DNA from: an uncultured delta proteobacterium
GTDB taxonomy: Bacteria; Myxococcota_A; Polyangia; Fen-1088
DNA: 64,000 bases
Assembly (NCBI GenBank): GCA_963796685.1
Contig: CAWCMR010000022.1
Span: forward strand, 1-64,000
Reading direction: 5' to 3'
Part shown: one piece after another, positions 39,344 to 48,517 of the stretch
Layout of the letters: each line of letters opens with the position of its first letter
Numbering within the stretch: position 1 is the first letter of the stretch
Notes under the pieces: generated by a model
What the model saw: only the letters and a program-made list of their open reading frames with translations
Told to the model about the DNA's origin: nothing
Database searches by the model: none
Translations under genes and position numbers: made by a program

Positions 39344-40537
39344 TTAGACCGGCAGTGCTTGCAGGGCCGCGACCACGTGCTCCTGTTCCATCTCCGTCAT
39401 ACCGTGGAAAAGCGGGATCATGATGGTCCGGTCGCGCGCCTCTTCCGAATGGCGCAGGCGCAGGCAACTGCCGTGGAGGTGGAGCTCGGAGCTGCACGGC
39501 TCGGGGCCGCAGGACCAGGGGGTGCTCCTATAGGCGGGCTCCATGTGCGCGTTGCCCACGCCCCGGCGGGTGGCCACGCCGCGATCGAGCAGGTGCTGCA
39601 TGATCTCCACCTGCGATAGACGAGCGCCGGCACGGATTCGCAAGGGGTAGCTCTGGAAATTGGCCCGCATCCATGGCAGCTCGCGCGGGGGCACGAGGAG
39701 GGAATGGTCGTCGAGGGCAGCGCGGTAGCGTTCGGCGAGCGCCCGCCGGGTGGCGATGGTCTGTCGCAGGCGCCCGAGCTGGGTGCGTCCCATGGCCGCC
39801 TGCAGGTCGGTCATGCGGAAGTTGTAGGCCGGTTCGCCGAAGGATTCGAAGACCACGCGCTGGCTGTCGTGACGGAGGGTGCTCGACACCGACATGGCGT
39901 GCTGGCGAAGTTGGCGCAGGCGAGTAGCCAGCGATTCGTCGGCGGTCGTGATCATGCCGCCGTCGCCGGTGGTGATGACCTTGCGTGGGTGAAACGAGAA
40001 ACACGCGAGCAGGCCCTGTGGCCGGCCGATGGCTTGCCAGAGACCATTCACTTTCATCTCGCTGCCGATGGCGCATGCCGCGTCCTCGATGACCGGGATC
40101 CTGTGGCGGCCTGCGATGTCCAGGATGGCTGGCAGCTCGCACGGAAAGCCAAGTTGGTGCACGCACAGAATGGCACGTGTTTTCGGGGTCAACGCGGCTT
40201 CGAGCCGACTTGCATCCATGCCGTAGGTGGCGGGATCGATGTCCACGAAGATCGGGCGCGCGCCCACCGCGACCACGGCGTTCGCGGTGGCGATGAAGCT
40301 GTGGCTGACCGTAACCACGTCGTCGTCCAGGCCCACGCCCAGGGCGCGCAGACAGAGCTCGAGCGCGGCCGTGCAGCTCGACACCGCGATGGCGTGGGAC
40401 GCGCCGACGGCACTGGCCAGCTCGCTCTCGAACGCGGCGACCTCGGGGCCTTGCGCCACCCAGCCCGAGCGGATGACGGCGGCGACCGCCAAGGCCTCGG
40501 CCTCACCCAGGTCCGGACGCACGATGGGGATCTGCAT
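39344..40537 (-). CDS. DegT/DnrJ/EryC1/StrS nucleotide-sugar aminotransferase
   Basis: AVSSCTAAL, IEDAACAIG, FSFHPRKVITTGDGG, YNFRMTDLQAA. Confidence 0.9.
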   Translation of the reverse strand: MQIPIVRPDLGEAEALAVAAVIRSGWVAQGPEVAAFESELASAVGASHAIAVSSCTAALELCLRALGVGLDDDVVTVSHSFIATANAVVAVGARPIFVDIDPATYGMDASRLEAALTPKTRAILCVHQLGFPCELPAILDIAGRHRIPVIEDAACAIGSEMKVNGLWQAIGRPQGLLACFSFHPRKVITTGDGGMITTADESLATRLRQLRQHAMSVSSTLRHDSQRVVFESFGEPAYNFRMTDLQAAMGRTQLGRLRQTIATRRALAERYRAALDDHSLLVPPRELPWMRANFQSYPLRIRAGARLSQVEIMQHLLDRGVATRRGVGNAHMEPAYRSTPWSCGPEPCSSELHLHGSCLRLRHSEEARDRTIMIPLFHGMTEMEQEHVVAALQALPV

Positions 40538-40621
40538 GCAACGAGGATCGCCCGCTGGGAGCGCGGGTTCAAGTTATTGCCGCATGACGGGAGTCAACCC
40601 ATTCGGTGCCCAAAGGCAAGC

Positions 40622-41149
40622 TCACGAAACCGGCACGGGCAGCTTCAACATGATGCCGCCTGTGAAGACGAGCCCCATTCCCATCACCGCCTGTACCCGG
40701 GCGAAGGGAAACAACGGCGACGCCCAAAGATGGGTGCCTCCGTGAACGTAGTTGGCCCACAGGGTCGCCTGGCCGCCGTAGCGAGGCACGTCGCCCGTAA
40801 CATCGATGACGAAACCTGGGTCGAGCCCCAGCAACACGTTGTGCACGCTTCCTCCGAGCACCACGGCGGGCTGCGCTTCGAAATAGAGACGGCCTGGCAC
40901 GAAACCCGCGGCAGCACCCAAGCCCCAGGTCCCCGAATATTGCGCCATCGCCACTTCGCCCCCAAAACGCATGGAGCCGTCCAGGCCGAGCTCGAAGCTC
41001 GGGCCCGGGGTGATGAAGCCAACGGGCCGCCTTGGGCTGCCCACCTCGGCTTGCGCCGGTAGGCCCACCAAGGTGAAGGCGGCCAGTGCCGCAAGCTCAA
41101 TTCCCACGGCCGTGCCGAGGGATTTACGCATGGAGCGCCAGGGTTGCAT
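40622..41149 (-). CDS. Hypothetical exported protein, probable small beta-barrel
   Basis: GAGGTG RBS, signal peptide ending AQA, alternating Gly/aromatic beta-strand pattern. Confidence 0.6.
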   Translation of the reverse strand: MQPWRSMRKSLGTAVGIELAALAAFTLVGLPAQAEVGSPRRPVGFITPGPSFELGLDGSMRFGGEVAMAQYSGTWGLGAAAGFVPGRLYFEAQPAVVLGGSVHNVLLGLDPGFVIDVTGDVPRYGGQATLWANYVHGGTHLWASPLFPFARVQAVMGMGLVFTGGIMLKLPVPVS

Positions 41150-41343
41150 GGGAAGCACCTCACCACTATGGACACCGCAAGCCGAATTTCCGCAACCAGA
41201 AAGGTTCTTTTGTAGCGTGCTGGCGCGACGATCGGCACCATCGTCGAATCTTCGCCCCTTGACGGTAATGCACATACGCTCATCATGCTCGTCATTCAGC
41301 TCGTGCCCGGCCGTGTGGAGCCGGGAGAACAAGGAGGAGGAAG

Positions 41344-41919
41344 ATGCGCATGACAATCAAAACTATGGGGCTTGCTGCGACCTTGTTGACAGGCGTTGTT
41401 TCACTCGCCCTGGCTCAGGGAGCGGGAGTCAATGCGTTTCGCGGGGCAGGAAGAGGTACCGTGGAGGTGAACGAGCCGGTTTCGAACCTGACATCGGAGC
41501 AGAAGACGAAGATCGCGGCCTTGCGTGCCGCAGCCATGGAGAAGGTCGCGCCTTTGCGGGCTGAGGTTCACGCCAAGATGCTCGAGATGCGGGAGCTTTG
41601 GTCGGTTGAGAAGCCGGACCGCAAGGCCATTGTCGGAAAGCAAGCCGAGATGGACGCGATCCACCAGAAGATGCAGGCAATCTGGACCGACTTCGGACTG
41701 GACGTGCACGCGCTGCTCACGCCCGCGCAGAGAGCCGAGTGGGCCCAGAGCATTCCTGGCCGCGGCTGGGGTATGGGCCCGGGCATGGCGGGCGGTGGCG
41801 GTCCCAGGGGCCGGCGCGGTGGCGGCGCCGGGCGTGGACCAGGTCGTGGCATGGGAATGGGGCCGGGCATGGACGGGTGTCCTTGCGGATATCCCATGTG
41901 TCCGATGAACCAACCCTAA
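41344..41919 (+). CDS. Spy/CpxP/ZraP-family periplasmic protein with Gly-rich tail
   Basis: AAGGAGGAGG RBS, signal peptide, two LTxxQ motifs (LTSEQK, LTPAQR), C-terminal GMGPG repeats and CPC..C. Confidence 0.85.
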   Translation: MRMTIKTMGLAATLLTGVVSLALAQGAGVNAFRGAGRGTVEVNEPVSNLTSEQKTKIAALRAAAMEKVAPLRAEVHAKMLEMRELWSVEKPDRKAIVGKQAEMDAIHQKMQAIWTDFGLDVHALLTPAQRAEWAQSIPGRGWGMGPGMAGGGGPRGRRGGGAGRGPGRGMGMGPGMDGCPCGYPMCPMNQP

Positions 41920-41955
41920 CGCGACACGCGCCCCTGCGTGCCCAGCGCTAAGAGC

Positions 41956-42738
41956 TCACGATGGCGCCACGGCCACCGGCTTCTCGTGGTCCGACTTGCC
42001 CGCTCCGCGCGCCAGCGTAAAGACGATGCCGGTGAAGGCGTAGAGGGCCACCACGGTGTAGCCCGTGGGCAGGTCGAGGAAGTACGAGGCGACGATGGCG
42101 ATGAGGTTGAGCACCGTCCCGAGCCCCCAGGCGAGCAGCAGCTTTGTCCGGAACGAGCCCTTCATGCTCGACACGATGAAGGCGGGCGCGACCAGGATGG
42201 AGAACACCACGAGAACGCCCGCGAGGTTCACCGAGCTTGTCACCGTGAGCGAGAAGGTGCCGAAGAACAGCAGCTCTCGCCACGTGCCATGCAAGCGTCG
42301 TAGGGCCAGCCAGAGGACCGCTCCGATGGCCGCGTAGAGGACAGCCGTCTTGAGCACTGCGTGCATGGGTACGAAGAGAATGTCTGCGGCCACCAGGTGC
42401 TGCATCTCCTCCGCCCCGCGTGGCGCGCGGGAGAGTGCAATCACGGCGGCGCTCATGCCGAACGCGTACAGGAGCCCGATGAAGGCCTCGTGGTGGCGCG
42501 TGCGCTTGGTCGACAGGGCGATGAGAAAGGCGCCCGCCAGCGAGAAGGCGAGCGACACCGGGTACATGTACTTGCCGTCGAAGACCAGGATGGCGATGGC
42601 GGCGCCGAACGCCGCCATTTGTCCGATGCCCAAATCGGTGAAGATGATCCCGCGCTCGATGATGTGCAGGCCATAGTACGAGTGAATGCCGAGCAGCACG
42701 ACGGACAGAAGAAAGGCGCTGAACAGAACGTCGATCAT
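41956..42738 (-). CDS. Metal ABC transporter permease (ZnuB/MntB-like)
   Basis: GIH.Y.GLHIIERGIIF.DL, EAFIG..YA, GVLVVFSIL.AP; multi-TM; overlaps the binding-protein stop. Confidence 0.85.
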   Translation of the reverse strand: MIDVLFSAFLLSVVLLGIHSYYGLHIIERGIIFTDLGIGQMAAFGAAIAILVFDGKYMYPVSLAFSLAGAFLIALSTKRTRHHEAFIGLLYAFGMSAAVIALSRAPRGAEEMQHLVAADILFVPMHAVLKTAVLYAAIGAVLWLALRRLHGTWRELLFFGTFSLTVTSSVNLAGVLVVFSILVAPAFIVSSMKGSFRTKLLLAWGLGTVLNLIAIVASYFLDLPTGYTVVALYAFTGIVFTLARGAGKSDHEKPVAVAPS

Positions 42739-43637
42739 CGAAGGATGCTCGCCAGCAAGGTGTCGAAGAGGCTGAACATGTCCTTCGCCGCCGGCACCGC
42801 CGTCACGTCCTGGGGCAGCACCACCCACGGGATCGACATCTTTTGTGCCACGCCTTGCGGGGTTTTCTGCTCGTGGTAAGGGTCGGTGATGATCTTGTAG
42901 ACGGTACCGGGGGGGTTGGACTGGATCAGATCCTCGATATGTCGACTGGTCGGCGGAATACCGGGCTTCGGCTCAAGCTCGCCGACGATCTTCATTCCCG
43001 TGCGTAGCACGAAGTAATCGAACAGTCGGTGGTACTGGATGACGGCTTTGCCCCGCAAGGGCACGGCCTCCTTGTCCCATTCCGCGGACTTCACCTTCCA
43101 GCGCGTCAGGAAGTCGTCGAGGTTTTTCTGGTAGATGCCCGCGCCGCTACGGTCGACGCGGCCGAGCGCATCGGAGATGAAGCGCGCCAGGTTCGGGACG
43201 TTGTGCCAGTCGAGGATGAAGTGCGGGTTGCCTTCGGGATGGATGTCGCCCTCCGAGCGGCTGACCTTGTCGGGTTTCTCGATCAAGGTGACGGCCTGGG
43301 ATAGGTCGACCAGGCCCTCGGCCCCCGGCATGATCTTCGGGTTGTTGGCCTGGCGGATGAGCGGCGGTACGAATCCGATCTCCAGCGAGGCGCCGTTGAT
43401 GATCAGAAGATCCGCCTGGCGTAGTTTCCCGATGAACGAGGGGCGTGGCACCACGAAGTGCGGATCCTCGTCGCCCTTGGCCAGGGTGCTGACGTCGGCT
43501 CGATCCTTGGCGATTTCCCCGACCAAGGAGGCGATGTACGGATAGGTGACCACGACCTTGACTTTGGCTTGTGCAGGGCTGGCAAACGCAGAGCTGATCG
43601 CGGTGGCGATCAGAAGATGGATCATCGTGAGTTTCAT
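42735..43637 (-). CDS. Metal ABC substrate-binding protein (ZnuA/TroA cluster A-I)
   Basis: Signal peptide, EDPHF, DIHPEGNPHF, YHR.FDY, EPKPGIPP. Confidence 0.9.
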   Translation of the reverse strand: MKLTMIHLLIATAISSAFASPAQAKVKVVVTYPYIASLVGEIAKDRADVSTLAKGDEDPHFVVPRPSFIGKLRQADLLIINGASLEIGFVPPLIRQANNPKIMPGAEGLVDLSQAVTLIEKPDKVSRSEGDIHPEGNPHFILDWHNVPNLARFISDALGRVDRSGAGIYQKNLDDFLTRWKVKSAEWDKEAVPLRGKAVIQYHRLFDYFVLRTGMKIVGELEPKPGIPPTSRHIEDLIQSNPPGTVYKIITDPYHEQKTPQGVAQKMSIPWVVLPQDVTAVPAAKDMFSLFDTLLASILR

Positions 43638-43673
43638 GAACACTTCTCCTATTCAAGCAGCGGCGTGGCGGGT

Positions 43674-45119
43674 CTAGAACGAGTGCGCCCCGTGGGGGCC
43701 TACGGCGATGTTCATTTGGAGCAGGACTTCGTGAACGTCCTTGCGAGCCCCGTCCAAGAAGCGGGATCGGTCGTAATCGTATTGAAGCCGGAATCTGGAA
43801 AACTCGGTCGGGCTGTATTCCAGCATGGTGGTGTAGCGCTGGAGCATGTTGTCGAGCGACTGCTTCGCGCCATCAATGGTGTACGAATTCTGATCGAGCA
43901 GGTCGAAGCGAGCCCCCACACGCCAGCGCCCCGGTTCGTCGAACCGCCAGATGAGCTGGCTGTAGAAGCCCCCCTGTTTCTTGTCGGCCGAGTGCACGAG
44001 CCCGTCCGAGGCCAGGGCGAGATCCCCGGACGACAGCAACCCCATGTATTCGCTCAGCCAGGTGAGGCTCCGGTACGAGCTGATGAGGTACTTGTAGGTC
44101 AATTCTCCGTTGTAGAGAATCGTGCCCGGCGCGCTGAACGCCATATCGGTGGGCAGGTTCTGGATGCGCGTCTCGGTGGAGTGTCCGTACATGACCGACC
44201 CACCGAGCAGGAAGACGTTGTCGCCGAAATCGAACGAGGTCTTGAGCGAACCGACGACCATGGCCGGAACGAACGGTGCCTTGGACGAGAGAACTGTCCC
44301 GTTTTGCGCGGTCAGATCGTAGGCCGTGGCGTTGTAGAGCGGCGATTCATCGTTGACCCCTTGAAAGACCTCGACGTCGGCCTGCAGCAGAAAATCGACG
44401 GGCGCGGTCCAGGACAACCTGATCCCGGGGTTCTTCCACCCCTCTTCACCCATGTAGGCCTCATAGACCAGAGGCTGGTCGTAGAAGTCCCACTGGTGCT
44501 GGTGCATGCCATTGAGCCGGCCGAACGCGGAGAAAAACTTACCCATGCGCAATTGAAATCCGAATGGCAACTGGCGCGTGTCGACGTAGGTCTCCTCGAT
44601 GTCGAACCCGCTCGGGGTGAAGGTGACGACGCTGAAGAAATCGAAGTAGGGATCGACCGCGATGGAAAAGGCCAATTCGAGGTAGTTGAAGTCGATCCCG
44701 CGCAACTTTCCGGTGCGGTCCGATTGGGCGATGAATCCCGGAACCGTGAGGGTCTCGGCGGTTGCGTCGCTGAGGTTCGTGCCCACGAGGCCGAAGTCGG
44801 CGATCATGGAGAGATCGGGATTGAAGCGATTTTGGATGAAGGTCGCCGCGGTCGAGCGTGCCGATGGCACGGGAGTGCGCTCCGCTTCCGCGGCCTCCAA
44901 CGCCTCGATTCGGCGAAGAAGCTCCTCCTGGGAAGGCACCGGCTTCGAAGCGGCCGGCTTGCTCTGGGGCGTGGCTGGCTGCTTTTCCGTTGCGGCCGGT
45001 TTGTCTTCGACCGTGGCCGGTTCGACCGTCGTCGGGCTATCGGTTCCGCCAGGCGCTGGGGCAGCGCCTTCGGGCGACTGCGCGAACAGTAAGGCGGTGG
45101 TCAGGGCGAGATGAATCAT
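43674..45119 (-). CDS. Outer-membrane beta-barrel of metal-uptake operon
   Basis: Signal peptide, FNPDLS, ELAF...VDPYF, FGRLN.MH.H.WDF.DQP, PTEFSR.RLQY, C-terminal GPHGAHSF. Confidence 0.8.
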   Translation of the reverse strand: MIHLALTTALLFAQSPEGAAPAPGGTDSPTTVEPATVEDKPAATEKQPATPQSKPAASKPVPSQEELLRRIEALEAAEAERTPVPSARSTAATFIQNRFNPDLSMIADFGLVGTNLSDATAETLTVPGFIAQSDRTGKLRGIDFNYLELAFSIAVDPYFDFFSVVTFTPSGFDIEETYVDTRQLPFGFQLRMGKFFSAFGRLNGMHQHQWDFYDQPLVYEAYMGEEGWKNPGIRLSWTAPVDFLLQADVEVFQGVNDESPLYNATAYDLTAQNGTVLSSKAPFVPAMVVGSLKTSFDFGDNVFLLGGSVMYGHSTETRIQNLPTDMAFSAPGTILYNGELTYKYLISSYRSLTWLSEYMGLLSSGDLALASDGLVHSADKKQGGFYSQLIWRFDEPGRWRVGARFDLLDQNSYTIDGAKQSLDNMLQRYTTMLEYSPTEFSRFRLQYDYDRSRFLDGARKDVHEVLLQMNIAVGPHGAHSF

Positions 45120-45253
45120 GAACGCGTCCTCCGTGGTCTTGGAAATCGAACAGGAACGTCACTCCCATGGCGGGGGAGTCGTGACGTTCCTGCGACCGAA
45201 TCTTCCCCGTGGGCGGCTGGCGATGTGGGCGGCGCTCGTGGCCGCGACGACAA

Positions 45254-45688
45254 TCAAACCGCCGGGGGCGAGTTCTTGGGCGAAAGGACGATGAGGTCGA
45301 CCGTCGTGAACGGACCGGATTCGGACGAGAGAGGAATCGGGCGGGCAGCCTCGATACTCGAGGTGGCCTGGCGGGCAGGCGGGAGGAGGGCGAAGCGCTC
45401 GTGCGTGCTCGTGCAGATGAAGCAGTGGTCGTGGACACCCTCGGCCCTCGGCCCCGTCCCCTCGATGCAGGGGCGGCTGGAAGCATCTTCGGCATCATCG
45501 TCCGAGGGCAGCGCGTGCGAAGCTTCGTGCGGTTGCCCGGCGTGGATGATGTCGCCGTGCTCGGGGCATGTGACGTGGCGTACGACCATCAGGTGGCCAA
45601 GAGACAGGATCTGTGCGGCCAGCAACAGCAAGCCGGTGGCGTGCATGCCGGGCCCTCGTACCCGACCGCTGTTGCCTATTTTCCGCAT
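45254..45688 (-). CDS. His/Cys-rich leader protein, DUF2946-like
   Basis: One hydrophobic helix, H....H..CPEHG..IH, HDHCFIC, C-terminal SPKNSPPAV; first gene of the metal-uptake operon. Confidence 0.7.
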   Translation of the reverse strand: MRKIGNSGRVRGPGMHATGLLLLAAQILSLGHLMVVRHVTCPEHGDIIHAGQPHEASHALPSDDDAEDASSRPCIEGTGPRAEGVHDHCFICTSTHERFALLPPARQATSSIEAARPIPLSSESGPFTTVDLIVLSPKNSPPAV

Positions 45689-45695
45689 CGCAATG

Positions 45696-45724
45696 TTCTT
45701 AGGAGACGAATAGGGGTGTGTCAA
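45696..45724 (-). promoter_or_regulatory. Candidate sigma70 promoter, possibly giving a leaderless mRNA
   Basis: Minus strand: TTGACA(45724-45719)-N17-TAAGAA(45701-45696)-N7-ATG(45688); no Shine-Dalgarno sequence. Confidence 0.5.
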
Positions 45725-45975
45725 GGCGGCACGGACGGACACCGGGGTGATTCCATCGAGCTCGGGCGGGCAGCCGTTCTGGCAGAGCCCAGACGCAAAA
45801 CTCGGGAATGTCCGCGCACGCAGCTAGCCTAATCCAGTCTCTATACGGTATCGTTTTTAGACTTGAATTCAGACCTGTATGCGCCCGCCAGTTCCCGACA
45901 GAAGATGTGAGTCGGTAATAGGAGGTAACCTGCCCGGCCACACCCGCCGATAGTAGCGACCTCGTGCAAATGGGC

Positions 45976-46830
45976 TCACTTCCTGGTCGCTTCGTAGGCT
46001 TCTTCGAGAACGTCCAGCACGGCGTCGGTGGTCATGTCGTAGACGTAGGGACGGCCGTCGATGAACAGGCTGGGCGTGGCCTCGACCTTGTTGCGCAATC
46101 CCTCCTGCTTCGATTCCACCAGCGCGTCGCGCGTCTTGGGGTCGGCGAGCTCGCGTTCGAAGGCGGCGCGATCCATCCCCACGCTCGCAGCCCACTCCGG
46201 AAGCACGGCCGGCGAGAAGCTGTCGAAGCGTTTGTAGATCAGCAGGGTCATCGGCCAGAGATGGCCGAGCTTGGCCGCGCTCATCTCGGCCAGCCCGCCC
46301 TCGGTCGATCCCGGGTGACTCTTCAAGGGAAAGGGGCGCAGGTAGAGGCGCACCTTGCCGGCCAGCGGTCCGTCGGTGACGGCGGCGTACAGTGCCGGGA
46401 CCATGACCTTGCAGAAGGGGCAGCGCGTACACGCAAAGACCACGGCGGCGACAGGGGCAGTCGCCGAGCCCGCCCGGAAGGCATCGTCCAGCGTCAGCGA
46501 TGCCCGCGGGCCGGTGGGCAGCACGGACTGGGCGCGCCGTGACAGGGCATTCTCGATTTCCTTTGCGGTCTTGCCGGCCTTCACCTGGCGGCAGATGTCG
46601 GCGGCCAGGCGCGACACCACGGGCTTGGGCGGCTTGGCCGCGAGGCAACGCGCGAAGGTCTCGTCGCAGCCATCGTAAGGATGCAAGGTCGCGAAGAGGG
46701 ATTGCACCAGGGCTTTCTTGTCCGCGGGCAGGCTGTTGCAGGCGGCGCAGCCCTGGGCCCGGCTGGTTCGGCCAAGACCGACGAGCGCGACAGCGACGAT
46801 CAGCAACGAGAAGAGCGAGTGCTTTTTCAT
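45976..46830 (-). CDS. Exported DsbA-like oxidoreductase with Cys-rich N-terminal domain
   Basis: Signal peptide, CAAC, GC....RC, FACTRCPFC, FPLKSH, cis-Pro ATP motif. Confidence 0.8.
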   Translation of the reverse strand: MKKHSLFSLLIVAVALVGLGRTSRAQGCAACNSLPADKKALVQSLFATLHPYDGCDETFARCLAAKPPKPVVSRLAADICRQVKAGKTAKEIENALSRRAQSVLPTGPRASLTLDDAFRAGSATAPVAAVVFACTRCPFCKVMVPALYAAVTDGPLAGKVRLYLRPFPLKSHPGSTEGGLAEMSAAKLGHLWPMTLLIYKRFDSFSPAVLPEWAASVGMDRAAFERELADPKTRDALVESKQEGLRNKVEATPSLFIDGRPYVYDMTTDAVLDVLEEAYEATRK

Positions 46831-47324
46831 GATGGCTCCTGGCCGACGGCTTTCTTGCGTCGGCCGAACAGGCGATCCAGCCCCAGCGGACTGCGATCGA
46901 GGATGAAGATATAGACGGCAAGCAGCAGCCAGCTGGCGTCGCGCACGATGGTCTGCCACGAGATGGGATCCTCGGCAGAGCCCTGCGACGCGAAGCAGCC
47001 GCAGGACATGTCGAGGCCCTTGGCCACGGCGCTGGCGATGGCCACCGTGAACATGGCCAGCATGCCCATCGCCAGCAGTGCAGCGGCCCGGGTGCGAAAT
47101 CCCAGAATGAGCATCAGCGCCGCGGCCAGCTCTACCCAGGGCAGCACGATGGCCAGCAGGTTCACCAGGCCGAGCGGCAGGATCTGGTAGGTCGCGATGT
47201 CGAGCGCGAAGGCCGACGGTTCCAGGATCTTGTGCGGGCAGGCCAGGAGAAAAATGGCTCCGAGATACAGACGCGCGCCGAGGGCGAGCACGCCATGACC
47301 GCGCCAGTCGAGAAAGGCTCTCAT
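46827..47324 (-). CDS. MauE/DoxX-family membrane protein
   Basis: RL.LG.IF...KI..P..F...I.TYQ, LPWVEL, GLD.SCGCF. Confidence 0.88.
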   Translation of the reverse strand: MRAFLDWRGHGVLALGARLYLGAIFLLACPHKILEPSAFALDIATYQILPLGLVNLLAIVLPWVELAAALMLILGFRTRAAALLAMGMLAMFTVAIASAVAKGLDMSCGCFASQGSAEDPISWQTIVRDASWLLLAVYIFILDRSPLGLDRLFGRRKKAVGQEPS

Positions 47325-47828
47325 CGCGCACCTCGCATGGCCGCGGCCTTTTCCAACTGCGGCGCCCCGCCCGCGACGAAGCGCACGTTGCGGATCCCTT
47401 TGCCCGCGATCTCGCGTGCGAGCTGCTCGCCCGAGTCGGGTGCGCCGCCGTCGCCGAACACCACGACTCTAGCGGCTCCGGAGGATGCAATTCGATGCAC
47501 CAACCCGGGCGCGGTCGGCTCCAAATAGTCGTAGGGGACGGCCAGCGCGTTCGGTGGATGCCACCTTTGGTGCTCGACGGTCGAGCGCGCATCGACCAGC
47601 AAGGTGCGGGCATCCCACACCGACGGATCGTCGGCGGCGATGGCCTGCGCGTCGCCCGAGCCCTCGGGACAGGGAACGAGGATTCTGATACTCGGATCGT
47701 TGCACGAACGCGATTCTGTCGGGGCGAAGGGCGTTGGTCACCACGCCTACCGCCGAGCATGCGGCCAGGACGACGAGGGCGTCGCGCGCAGCCGTGCGCA
47801 ACGCGTGGGGCCTCGTGGCGCGAACCAT
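47321..47828 (-). CDS. Membrane-anchored rhodanese-like protein (frameshift at ~47683)
   Basis: N-terminal TM ..NALRPD, then LVDARS..H.PNAL.VP..VVVFGD..L.GG after frame correction. Confidence 0.75.
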
Positions 47829-47836
47829 CGCCGTCT

Positions 47837-48517
47837 CTAGTCCCGGCACGCCGCGCTCCTTTGCACGTCTTCGCCCTGGCGCAAGAGATCTTGCACCCGC
47901 TCTCCCAGCTCGCCGCCGCCGAGCCCGTAGTCGAGGGCCACGTGCTCGAACGGCGAGGCAGCGGCGGGGAGCCAGGGATCGGCGGTGAAGGTCCAGATCA
48001 GCCTGCACAGCAGGCGATGGTCCGTGTAGGCGTAGGGATGGGCCGTGCTGTCGCGCGAGGAGAGCTCGTAGAAGACACCAACCTTCAGCTGATCGATGAG
48101 CGGTGGCAGGAAAGCACTGGCCGACACCTTGAGCAGGATATCGCGGCGGTTCGTGGTGTACGCCGCCGAGTCGAAATAGCCCGCCGAGCGCGGATAGAGA
48201 TCGGCGCTGGTCAAGAGGCTGGGCGGAAGGCTGCAGCTCTCGCGGTGAAGCTCGGCGGCCGCAGCGATGGTGCGCAGGGCCCAGAAATCGTTGCCGTCAT
48301 CGAGATAGGCACGTGCCAGCAGGAGGCGCAAGGTCTCGGACATGGGATTGCGCTCGATGGCTCGCTTGAAAAGGGGAATGGCCTGCGCGCCCTGGCCGTG
48401 GGCCAGCAACGCGCGAGCCTGGTTTCCAACAGGCTCATCCGGCGCGACTTGCCCTCGCGCACGCGATCCCGCAAGTAGGCCGATCGTCATCACCAGAACG
48501 TAACCCCGCTGCTTCAT
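47837..48517 (-). CDS. Exported TPR protein with beta-strand C-terminus, possibly internally deleted
   Basis: Signal peptide, TPR-like AIPLFKRAIERNP..LLLARAYL, abrupt switch to beta-barrel-like tail; overlaps upstream gene stop. Confidence 0.6.
   Translation of the reverse strand: MKQRGYVLVMTIGLLAGSRARGQVAPDEPVGNQARALLAHGQGAQAIPLFKRAIERNPMSETLRLLLARAYLDDGNDFWALRTIAAAAELHRESCSLPPSLLTSADLYPRSAGYFDSAAYTTNRRDILLKVSASAFLPPLIDQLKVGVFYELSSRDSTAHPYAYTDHRLLCRLIWTFTADPWLPAAASPFEHVALDYGLGGGELGERVQDLLRQGEDVQRSAACRD

Noticed and set aside
45725-45975. Riboswitch or Zur/Fur box upstream of the metal operon
   Set aside because: The stretch is relatively AT-rich, but I found no cobalamin-riboswitch core or convincing palindrome; an Rfam scan would be needed.
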